The notes below the pieces were generated by a model that searched no databases, was not told where the DNA came from, and saw nothing but the letters and a program-made list of their open reading frames with translations. From contig JAZDNO010000002.1 in NCBI GenBank assembly GCA_043799545.1, forward strand, positions 32,001 through 96,000: a DNA stretch of 64,000 nucleotides. Reading direction: 5' to 3'. Position numbers and translations under genes: made by a program. The stretch comes from Methanobacteriota archaeon. GTDB taxonomy: Archaea > Thermoplasmatota > Thermoplasmata > SG8-5 > DAIRED01. Of this stretch, positions 53,627 through 62,398 are shown one piece after another. The first letter of the stretch is position 1, and the number at the start of each line of letters is the position of its first letter.

Positions 53627-56600
53627 ATGGCGAAAATTCCCGAGAGAAGCGCGATAGCGAGCATAACATTGGTGTGCATGATGTTGGCCAGCACGTTCAC
53701 GGTGATGGCCGGAAGCCCGGCGCCACCGGACGACGGCGTCGACGGCCTGCAGTACATCGACGGGGACTGGATTGTTTCCGGTGCGGAGAGCTATACGGAC
53801 GAGATAATCGTCCTCAGCGGCAACCTGACGATACAGGGCGCCGGTTCCCTGACGCTCACGAACACGACGATACAGATGAACTGCACATACGGCAGGGAGT
53901 ACGGCATCACTGTCATGAGCGGCGGCGCGCTGTTCCTCTACGATGGCGGGGACGGTTTCACACCGATGGAAGCTGGCGACAGCGACCCCTCGGTCATCTC
54001 CGTGTACGACAACAACTATCACACGTTCATGATTGTGGAGACAAACGCGGTCTTCGAATCTGACATGAGCATAATAGAGTACGTCGGCACACTCGGTCAA
54101 GCAGGGTACGTTCGCAGCGGGGCGACCGCAGAGATCAACCTGGGCGAATGGCAGGGGGTCTCGAACGGCGAATTCCGCATCACCATCGACGGCGTCGCGC
54201 AAGACATCTCTGGGCTCGACTTCACCACGATTGGCTCGCTGACGGACGTGGCCGACATCATCACTGGCGGGATACAGGCTGCGGACACGACGCAGGGCTA
54301 CATCAACGCCGATTGCGACTGGGACGGCAGCCGGTTCATAATCTATTCCGGCACATACGCGGACAACATCGGGTCGCCCGACTCGACCGTCGCGCCGCTG
54401 CAGGCGCACTCCGCCCCGACGGGAACGGACATCTCCGGCCTGACGGCGAGCACGTTCGGCCTATATCTGGACCTCGCGGCGAACGCGCTCTCGGTCCCGA
54501 TGCTCTCTCCGGAGATGCAGGGGACTTGCTTCCAATCCGACAACGTGCAGATTTCCGAGTCGCTAATCCAATACAACGGGCACGGCCTCATCTTCGACAG
54601 CTGCATACCTACGGTCCTGTCATACAACAACATCTCCGACAACGACGGCTTCGGCTTGGGCATCGTCAACATCGCGGACCCCGGTTTCGACGCGACGGGC
54701 GCGCTGTCGGACAACAACGTGGTCTTGAACAGCGAGCAGGGGGTCTACGTCAACGCGGACTCCGTCGACCTGGACTTCTCCTTCCTGAACGTCTCCGAAA
54801 ACTCCTACGGAATAACGGTCATCGCGAACAGGACCATTGACATGACGGTCCTCGATTGCACAATCTGGCGAAACGACGGCTCCACTGACCAGGACAATGC
54901 GAGCCTTTACGTCTGGACCCCGCCGACGGGCAACATCAGCCTCACGGTCGAGAGCTCGGTAATCGCCGAGAACAACTGCGGCGGAGTGTGGGTCGGAACG
55001 AGCTATACCAACCCGGACATCTCGTCGGCCAACGTGCTCGCCTCTTTCGTAGGCAACAGGATTTTCGGCAACCAGGGCGGGAACAGGTACAACGCCATGG
55101 ACGACCTGGATTTGACCATGCGCCAAAACTATCTCGGCGGTTCCGACTATTATGATGAGGGTGGCCGGTATATAATTGGTTTCAACACGCAGGGATCTGG
55201 CAACGCCCCGTGCGATAACGTCACCTTAAACCTGATAGGCAACGAATTGAACTATGGAATGCCTTGGAACGGCTGGAGCATCACGCACGCATTCAGGGTT
55301 ATCGCGGACAACATCGTGGACGTCAACATCTCCGACAACAAAGTGCGCGGCGCATACGAACTGTACGGTTTGTTCATCATCGGCGACTCGTACGACCAAT
55401 ATTACCCCCAGGTGATCAACGCCCAGGTGTGGAACAACGATGTCGTTTTGCTCGATGACACGTCGAACAACGCCGAAATCAGGCACGTGTTCTTCTTCAA
55501 CGCCCTGCGCAACATCGACATCGAATTCATGAACAACTACTACTTCACTTCGATCAGGGGTTACTTCTGGACTAACTGGAACAAGGGCGGCCACCTATGG
55601 ATAGGCGGCGCGGACTTCTGCAACGCGACGATACAGGGAAACACCATGATACTCAAACCGATTGATTCGAGCACCGATTGGTCTTCCTCCGCCTATCACG
55701 GCCCGATGTACGTCTGGGCGAACCTTGAGCTGAACGTCGACGTGGTCGACAACTTCATCGACGTGCACGAGCTAGCGGACGACTCGTACGACGCGCCGTA
55801 CTTCATCATGTTCGGCGGCGACGAAGGGTTCTGGGACGAGCTCTGCCAGAACGTCACCCTCAACTTCGTCGACAACACGGTCAGGGAGACCATTTACGGT
55901 GGCGGCGAGGCGGGAATCGGGATGATACGCGTCCTTGCCGACGACCAGCTCGACTGCAACTTCACGGGGAACGACCTGACCTTCAACCACGTCGCGAGTT
56001 ATGGCAGCACGGCTGAGCTTGAAGGCATGGTGAAGCTCGGCGGCTGGAGCAACACCGAGGCCGAAGACGTGAATCTGATATTCAACGGCAACAACCTCCA
56101 AGGGAACTTCGGAGAAGATGTTGATGCCGGAGGAGCCCTGAGGGTCGTGGCGAACAACAACATCACCGCCGATTTGAACGACAACGTCATCCAGGGATGG
56201 TGGGGATACTCGCCGGACGATGAGGACAACGCCGAAGACTTCGGCGTGAGGATTGGGTACATCTGCCCCAACGATGGGATCACATCGGAGAACACCGTCG
56301 TGACCATGCGAAACAACGTAATCGGCCCCGGCGGAGTGGGGAGCGCCTTGGCTGTCGTTGCGAACAACAACGTTACGTTCTCATTCGACGGCGGCGAGGT
56401 GCAAGGCGCGTTCTACGGCGACTGCGGCGGAACCGGCAGCTTCGGGAATGAAATAACGTACGGAAACGGGATAATGCTCCTGGCCGAGAACTGCCTGACG
56501 GCGGACATCAAGGATGCCAACATCCACGACAACAGGGGCGCTGGCATCTTCATCGAGAGCGTGAACGACGCCACCGTGGAGATATCGAACAGCTTCGTGC

Positions 56601-59600
56601 ATGACAACTACTGGGACGGCATCAGGCTCGTCAGCCAGGACGGCTGGCTCGACGCCTCCAGCTCGATAACCGAAACGGAGGTCTCCGACAACTGCGACGA
56701 CAGGAACGGAGATTTCGGCTCGAACGGTTGGGGGCTGTACGCATACCATGCGAGCGTCTACCTGGAGAACTGCACCTTCGACAACACCTATTCGCCATTC
56801 GAGTTCTACTGCGAAGGGCTGAGCGACGTCGAGACCCTGAACACCACCTTCGACAAGGACCTTGTATACCTCGGGGACGCGACAGACGGCACTCTGTACA
56901 GCGGGCCACACATCGAGAACGACTGGACCCAGTGGGCTGCGCTGACCGACGCCTCGTTCAACATAACCATCGACGGCGTGTCGACGGACATCACCGTTGA
57001 CATCAACGCTGCCGCGCCGGCAACCATGGATGGCGTGGCTGCAGCCATCGAGGCTGCCATCCAGGCGGCCGTGCCGACGAACCAAGGATTCATGAACTGC
57101 CAGGTCTCGTGGTCTCTGACCTATTTCTACATAGTCTCCGGGACTAACGGGATGCTGTCCGAGGTGCAGCCGTTGCTCCCCCACAGCCTCGGGTCTGGGA
57201 CGGACATCTCGGGCGCCACGGCGAGCGTCACCGCAGACACTTACTGGCTCGACTGCGACGCGAACGAATCCGTCGTCGAGCTCGGCTATTCGGACAACCT
57301 CCTAGTGCAGTGGTTCATGCACGTCAAGGCCGTGCAGCAGTCCAGCGGCGTGGGACTCCCGCTGACTGACATAACCGTCAGGGACGCGTCCAACAACATC
57401 GTCGGAACAGGGACGACCGGGCTCGACGGGTACGCGCGCTGGTTCGTCGTCGGGGAGTACTTCCAGGCCACGACCCTCGGCACCGCCGATTACAGGAGCT
57501 ACTACACACCGCACGACGTGTACGGCATCAAGGGGTTAGCCAACGGTCAAACCCTCGGCACTGTGATGGACGCCTCGCAGGAGGTCTGGGTCTACCTGGA
57601 CTACGTGACGCTCCCGCCGAACGCGAACGCGGGCGCGGACCAGACAGTCGACGAGGACGCGTCGATGACGTTCAACGGCACGCTCTCGACGGACGACTGG
57701 GCCATCGTCACCTACGAGTGGACCTTCAACGACGGCGCACCGCAGACGCTATACGGCGAGGAGCCGACCTACACGTTCATCCAGCCCGGAGTCTACACCG
57801 TCACGCTCACCGTGACGGACTACGAGGGCTTCTTCGACACAGACACGGTCGTCATAACCGTCAACGACGTGACTCCACCGACCGCAAACGCGGGGCCGGA
57901 CCAGACCGTCAACGAGGGCGCGAACGTCCTCTTCGCTGGCTCGGGGACGGACAACGTCGCCGTGACCAACTATACCTGGACATTCACGCACAACGCCATC
58001 CTGCAGACGCTCTACGAAACGGGTCCGTCCTTCGTCTTCGCGATACCAGGGGCGTACCTGGTGACGCTCACTACGTCGGACGCCGCCGGCCTCACCGCAA
58101 CCGACACCATGTGGGTCACCGTGGCGGACATCGCGCTACCAGTCCCAGTCGCGGGCGCCGGCCAGACTGTGGGCGAGGGAACGACCGTGACGCTCGACGG
58201 CTCCGCGAGCACCGACAACGTAGGCATCGCGGGATACCGCTGGACCTTCAACGACGGCGCGAACGACGTCGTCGCCCTCGCGCCGACTCTCGACCACACC
58301 TTCACCATCCTGGGCAACTACACAGCCACCCTGATGGTCTGGGACGCCGCAGGCAACTTCGCCAACGGCACGACCTACATCAACGTCGTCGACGTGACGG
58401 CTCCGAGCGTCCTGGTCGTCGCGCCGGGCGACAGCCTCATCGATGTCCCGCTCGACTGGGAACTCATAATCGTCTTCACCGAGCCGATGAACACCGCCTT
58501 GGTCGAGGCCGCGTTCTCCATCAACGGGACGACGGTCGGGTCTTTCACCTGGGACGCAACCGACACCTACGTCACGATAGCTTTCGACGACATCCTGATA
58601 ATCAACACGACCTACGACTTCGGGATAGCAGCCAACGCCACGGACAAGGCGGGCAACGCCATCACGGCAGCGTATGCGGACAGCTTCACCACCATCGTTG
58701 GAGTGAAGCCGTTCGCCAACGCGGGCTCGGACGTCAGCGCCCGCGTGAACGCCTCGATCGCGTTCGACGCCACGGACAGCTACGACCCAGACGGCGCCAT
58801 CCTCTCCTACCTTTGGCAATTCGGCTACGGCGCCAACGGCACCGGTGCGACGGTCTCGCACGCATTCACTTCTCCGGGGGCGTACGTCGTCACGCTGACG
58901 GTAACGGACAACGACGGGTTGACATCGACGGATACGCTGAAAGTCAGAGTCGTCGCCGACATGATTCCGATTGCAATCGCAGGACCGGGTTTGATCGCGC
59001 GCATGGACACCCCGGTCGACTTCGACGGCTCCGACAGCTACGACGAGGACGGGACAATCGCCTCATATGCCTGGAACTTCGGCGACAACTCCACGGGAAC
59101 CGGCGCGACCCAGACGCACACCTACGCCTCTGCGGGCACGTTCACCGTGACCCTCACGGTCACCGACAATGACGGCCACACCGCCACCGACACGCTGACG
59201 GCAACCATCTTCGCTGGCAAGGCCCCGTACGCCGTTGCCAACTCCAACATCACAGCGATGGCCAACACCGCGGTCAGCTTCGACGGCTCGGCAAGCCACG
59301 ACGTCGACGGGACCATCGTCTCATACAGCTGGAACTTCGGCGACGGCAGCGCGGACGTCCTCGGCATGACAGCGACCCACACCTACACAACCGTGGGCAC
59401 TTACACGGTCACCCTAACGGTTACTGACAACGACGGCAAGAGCAGCACGGACACCCTTGTCGTCACGGTCGCGGATTCCATCGATACGGACGGAGATGGA
59501 ATAGTGGACGCCTTCGACACCGACAGCGACGGCGACAGCATACCCGACGTGAGCGACTCGATGCCCCTGGACACGGACAACGACGGCCTGGACAACGCCG

Positions 59601-59851
59601 TCGACCCCGACGACGACAACGACGACGTGCTGGACGTGGACGATACAGACCCCATTGATTCCGAAACCGGCGAGGAGACGAGCGAGCCCTCTTTCGTCGA
59701 GGACTACTGGTGGATTTTCATTGTCATAGCATTGGTGGCAGTGATAGTCCTCCAGTTCATCATGGGACGGAAGAAACCCGAGCCAGCGGTACCTGAGGCC
59801 GAGACGAAGCTGGCCGAGCCAGAGGAGATGGACGACGAAGGCAAGCAGTAA
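53627..59851 (+). CDS. 2074-aa surface protein: beta-helix repeats with two inserted DUF3383-like domains, six PKD-type domains, Big_5-like domain, DxDxDG repeats, TM anchor
   Basis: Signal peptide; ANAG.DQTV and Y.WNFGDG...H.Y...G.Y.VTLTVTDNDG PKD motifs; I.FTEPMN Big_5-like motif; WWIFIVIALVAVIVLQFIM anchor. Confidence 0.85.
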   Translation: MAKIPERSAIASITLVCMMLASTFTVMAGSPAPPDDGVDGLQYIDGDWIVSGAESYTDEIIVLSGNLTIQGAGSLTLTNTTIQMNCTYGREYGITVMSGGALFLYDGGDGFTPMEAGDSDPSVISVYDNNYHTFMIVETNAVFESDMSIIEYVGTLGQAGYVRSGATAEINLGEWQGVSNGEFRITIDGVAQDISGLDFTTIGSLTDVADIITGGIQAADTTQGYINADCDWDGSRFIIYSGTYADNIGSPDSTVAPLQAHSAPTGTDISGLTASTFGLYLDLAANALSVPMLSPEMQGTCFQSDNVQISESLIQYNGHGLIFDSCIPTVLSYNNISDNDGFGLGIVNIADPGFDATGALSDNNVVLNSEQGVYVNADSVDLDFSFLNVSENSYGITVIANRTIDMTVLDCTIWRNDGSTDQDNASLYVWTPPTGNISLTVESSVIAENNCGGVWVGTSYTNPDISSANVLASFVGNRIFGNQGGNRYNAMDDLDLTMRQNYLGGSDYYDEGGRYIIGFNTQGSGNAPCDNVTLNLIGNELNYGMPWNGWSITHAFRVIADNIVDVNISDNKVRGAYELYGLFIIGDSYDQYYPQVINAQVWNNDVVLLDDTSNNAEIRHVFFFNALRNIDIEFMNNYYFTSIRGYFWTNWNKGGHLWIGGADFCNATIQGNTMILKPIDSSTDWSSSAYHGPMYVWANLELNVDVVDNFIDVHELADDSYDAPYFIMFGGDEGFWDELCQNVTLNFVDNTVRETIYGGGEAGIGMIRVLADDQLDCNFTGNDLTFNHVASYGSTAELEGMVKLGGWSNTEAEDVNLIFNGNNLQGNFGEDVDAGGALRVVANNNITADLNDNVIQGWWGYSPDDEDNAEDFGVRIGYICPNDGITSENTVVTMRNNVIGPGGVGSALAVVANNNVTFSFDGGEVQGAFYGDCGGTGSFGNEITYGNGIMLLAENCLTADIKDANIHDNRGAGIFIESVNDATVEISNSFVHDNYWDGIRLVSQDGWLDASSSITETEVSDNCDDRNGDFGSNGWGLYAYHASVYLENCTFDNTYSPFEFYCEGLSDVETLNTTFDKDLVYLGDATDGTLYSGPHIENDWTQWAALTDASFNITIDGVSTDITVDINAAAPATMDGVAAAIEAAIQAAVPTNQGFMNCQVSWSLTYFYIVSGTNGMLSEVQPLLPHSLGSGTDISGATASVTADTYWLDCDANESVVELGYSDNLLVQWFMHVKAVQQSSGVGLPLTDITVRDASNNIVGTGTTGLDGYARWFVVGEYFQATTLGTADYRSYYTPHDVYGIKGLANGQTLGTVMDASQEVWVYLDYVTLPPNANAGADQTVDEDASMTFNGTLSTDDWAIVTYEWTFNDGAPQTLYGEEPTYTFIQPGVYTVTLTVTDYEGFFDTDTVVITVNDVTPPTANAGPDQTVNEGANVLFAGSGTDNVAVTNYTWTFTHNAILQTLYETGPSFVFAIPGAYLVTLTTSDAAGLTATDTMWVTVADIALPVPVAGAGQTVGEGTTVTLDGSASTDNVGIAGYRWTFNDGANDVVALAPTLDHTFTILGNYTATLMVWDAAGNFANGTTYINVVDVTAPSVLVVAPGDSLIDVPLDWELIIVFTEPMNTALVEAAFSINGTTVGSFTWDATDTYVTIAFDDILIINTTYDFGIAANATDKAGNAITAAYADSFTTIVGVKPFANAGSDVSARVNASIAFDATDSYDPDGAILSYLWQFGYGANGTGATVSHAFTSPGAYVVTLTVTDNDGLTSTDTLKVRVVADMIPIAIAGPGLIARMDTPVDFDGSDSYDEDGTIASYAWNFGDNSTGTGATQTHTYASAGTFTVTLTVTDNDGHTATDTLTATIFAGKAPYAVANSNITAMANTAVSFDGSASHDVDGTIVSYSWNFGDGSADVLGMTATHTYTTVGTYTVTLTVTDNDGKSSTDTLVVTVADSIDTDGDGIVDAFDTDSDGDSIPDVSDSMPLDTDNDGLDNAVDPDDDNDDVLDVDDTDPIDSETGEETSEPSFVEDYWWIFIVIALVAVIVLQFIMGRKKPEPAVPEAETKLAEPEEMDDEGKQ

Positions 59852-59981
59852 GCCATCATGGAAAAAACCTTTTCACATTTCTTCTTTTATATCAATTCCG
59901 CAGATGTTCCACAGCGGGTGCGCCCCTCGAAGCATTTATATCCGTGAACGCATACCTCGAAAGAGACGGAGGCGAGGGCAC

Positions 59982-60332
59982 ATGGTAGAGACAAGGGAGG
60001 CGCAGCGCAACAGGGCAATGAAGTACGACCCGGCCGGGTTCTTTTTGATTTACCTGGACATCGAGAGGGACGAGATTGTCGCCGAGCATTACCTGAACGT
60101 CACGAAGGACAAGGACGCCCCCGCCACTGGAAAGCTGGCCCAGGTCATCACCGGCACGAGCGCCGAGGCCATCTGCCACACGATTTCGCGCATGGGCCTC
60201 ATCACCAGGCCAGAGCATTCCACTTATGTCGGGCGAGAGCTGCAGAAGGCGGACATCGCCCTCAGCGAGGGCATCAAGTACACGCAGGACGAGCCGCTCG
60301 ATTTCATGGCGCGCCGCAAGCGCTCGAAGTGA
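59982..60332 (+). CDS. DUF4346 family protein
   Basis: DPAGFFLIYLD, G.SAEAIC.TI, EH..YVGRELQKA and Y.QD.PL motifs; start MVETRE at 59982. Confidence 0.85.
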   Translation: MVETREAQRNRAMKYDPAGFFLIYLDIERDEIVAEHYLNVTKDKDAPATGKLAQVITGTSAEAICHTISRMGLITRPEHSTYVGRELQKADIALSEGIKYTQDEPLDFMARRKRSK

Positions 60333-61612
60333 GCAGTGACAACATGCCCAGAAACGAGCTGACCAGGAAGGTTTACGAGATAATGGAGCGGGAGATGCAG
60401 GACATCGGCCCGTTCATCGTGAGGAAGCAGTGCCTGCAGATACACGTGGACCCGGAGAACATCGAGCCAGCGAACCTTGCGCAGCTGGCCGCGAACCTCT
60501 CGGAGGTCATGGTGCTTTTCGGGGGCCATGAGAAGGCCAGGAAGATATACTCCGAGCTCAGGAAGCTCAAGGACCTGGACCTCCTGGTCAAGGAGGAGAC
60601 CAGCGAGGGGACGAAGCTCAAGATGACGGAGGAGCTGGGAAAGGGCAGCCTCTTCGCCGGCGACTGGCCCAAGGCAAAGGAATATTTCGAGCAGCTTCTC
60701 GCGGACGCCAACGCCAGGAAGGACCAGCTCGCCAAAACTCGGTACATGAAATGGCTCGGGACGGTGCACCAGGAGCAGGGCGAGTTCGACCAGGCGCTCC
60801 AGAGGTTCGAGGCCGCGCTCGCCATCGCCAAAGGCTTGTCGAACAAGGCGGAGCTGGCCAATTGCTACAATTCCATAGGCGACGTGCGCTGGTACAAGGG
60901 CGACCACGCGAAGGCCATCGACGCCTACAGGCTGGCCGCCAGCGACGCGGAGTCCGCGGGTTTCCTGATCGGCGTGGGAATCGCGCACGTTGGCATAGGC
61001 AACGTCCTGGCCGACAGGCACGAGCTCGACGAATCCATCAAGAGCTACCTGACCGCGCTCGAACGCCTCAAGTACACCGAGGAGTTCCAGCAGATAGCCA
61101 GGGCGTACAACAACCTCGGCGACACGTACAGGCAGAAGAAGAACTGGGACGATGCGCTGAAGTGCTTCGGCAAGAGCGAGGAGTACGGCGATAAAGGCGG
61201 CTGGCTCAACATGGTCGCGTGGGCCAGGTTCAACTCCGCGATGGTGCTGGTCGACAAGGGCTCCCTGCCGGAGGCGGAGGGGCTGCTCAGGAAAAGCGAG
61301 GCGTCGCTCGTCCAGATAGGCGACAGGACCGGGCTGGCCGGGGCCAAGCACGTGTGGGGGAAGCTCTACGCGGCGAAGGGTGATGCGGCCCAGATGGACC
61401 GCGCGTACACCGAGGCCATCGAGAGGTACCGGGTGCTCAAGACGCCGTTCAGCGAGGCGGAATGCCACAACGAGTTGGGCATGGCGCACAAGAAGCTGGG
61501 CAACCGCACAAAGGCTCTGGACCACCTCAGGATGGCGGCCGTGATTTACACAGACTTGAAGCTCGACAAATGGGCCAAGGTCGCGGTCAAGGAAATAGAA
61601 TCGATGGGATGA
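60329..61612 (+). CDS. Tetratricopeptide repeat protein with a ~75-aa helical N-terminal domain
   Basis: About eight TPR units (YNSIGDVRWYKG, YNNLGDTYRQKK...); GTGA overlap with the DUF4346 stop. Confidence 0.88.
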   Translation: MSSDNMPRNELTRKVYEIMEREMQDIGPFIVRKQCLQIHVDPENIEPANLAQLAANLSEVMVLFGGHEKARKIYSELRKLKDLDLLVKEETSEGTKLKMTEELGKGSLFAGDWPKAKEYFEQLLADANARKDQLAKTRYMKWLGTVHQEQGEFDQALQRFEAALAIAKGLSNKAELANCYNSIGDVRWYKGDHAKAIDAYRLAASDAESAGFLIGVGIAHVGIGNVLADRHELDESIKSYLTALERLKYTEEFQQIARAYNNLGDTYRQKKNWDDALKCFGKSEEYGDKGGWLNMVAWARFNSAMVLVDKGSLPEAEGLLRKSEASLVQIGDRTGLAGAKHVWGKLYAAKGDAAQMDRAYTEAIERYRVLKTPFSEAECHNELGMAHKKLGNRTKALDHLRMAAVIYTDLKLDKWAKVAVKEIESMG

Positions 61613-62097
61613 TGCCAGTGCCGAACGATGCCAAGCGCCGTTTCATGGCGCTCGCGATAGACCAATCCCGGGAGGGCGTGCGCGAAGGCCAGACCCCTTT
61701 CGGGGCGTGCATTGTCAAGGACGGCGAGGTCGTAAGTTGCGCCCACAACAATGTTTGGGCCAGCACGGACATCACGGCTCACGCCGAAATCGTCGCGATA
61801 CGGGGGGCGTGCGCGAAGCTGGGAACGATTGACTTGTCCGGGTGCGACATCTACTCGACCACGGAGCCGTGCCCGATGTGCTTCAGCGCCATCCACTGGG
61901 CCAGAATCGGAGAAGTGGTTTTCGGGGCGTCCATAGCCGACGCAAAGGCGTATGGTTTCCACGAACTGCCAATATCGAACGAGGCGATGAAGGAGACGGG
62001 AAAAAGCCCCATAAAAATCACACGGGGATTCATGGCGAGGGAAGCGCTGGATGTTTTCGCGGAATGGGCGAAGAGCAAGGAAAAAAGGACGTATTGA
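61609..62097 (+). CDS. Zinc-dependent nucleoside/nucleobase deaminase (CDA/TadA/guanine deaminase fold)
   Basis: PFGACIV, DITAHAEIVAIR (HAE) and STTEPCPMCFSAIHW (PCxxC) motifs; ATGA overlap with the TPR gene. Confidence 0.92.
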   Translation: MMPVPNDAKRRFMALAIDQSREGVREGQTPFGACIVKDGEVVSCAHNNVWASTDITAHAEIVAIRGACAKLGTIDLSGCDIYSTTEPCPMCFSAIHWARIGEVVFGASIADAKAYGFHELPISNEAMKETGKSPIKITRGFMAREALDVFAEWAKSKEKRTY

Positions 62098-62261
62098 GCC
62101 AAAATCGGCCGAGCGAGCAGGCTTGGTCTGAGTTTCTTTGCTCCAAATGCTTTCTTTGCGAAGACCAAGCCAGCGCAGCGAGGCTCAAAGAAAGCGTTTG
62201 CGGGGAAGCGCTGGATGTTTTCGCGGAATGGGCGAAGAGCAAGGATAAGAGAACTTATTGA
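62039..62261 (+). repeat. Direct duplication of the last 59 bp of the deaminase gene (62039-62097 and 62203-62261) around a 105-bp insert
   Basis: First 43 bp identical; the last 16 bp differ at 4 positions, all third codon positions. Confidence 0.92.
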
Positions 62262-62398
62262 AGATGGCCGCGGTTTGCATACTAGTATAAAAATATTCAA
62301 ATCTCTTGCCATTTTAGTAAACTCGTAAGTATATACCAACTGATAAGCTAATATCCACCTTATGACTATTACCTTCTTCAAAGTCAAAGATGGTGCAT

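Noticed and set aside
62039-62261. Diversity-generating retroelement template/variable repeat pair
   Set aside because: Differences include G/T, are confined to third codon positions and are nearly all synonymous; no reverse transcriptase is in the window.
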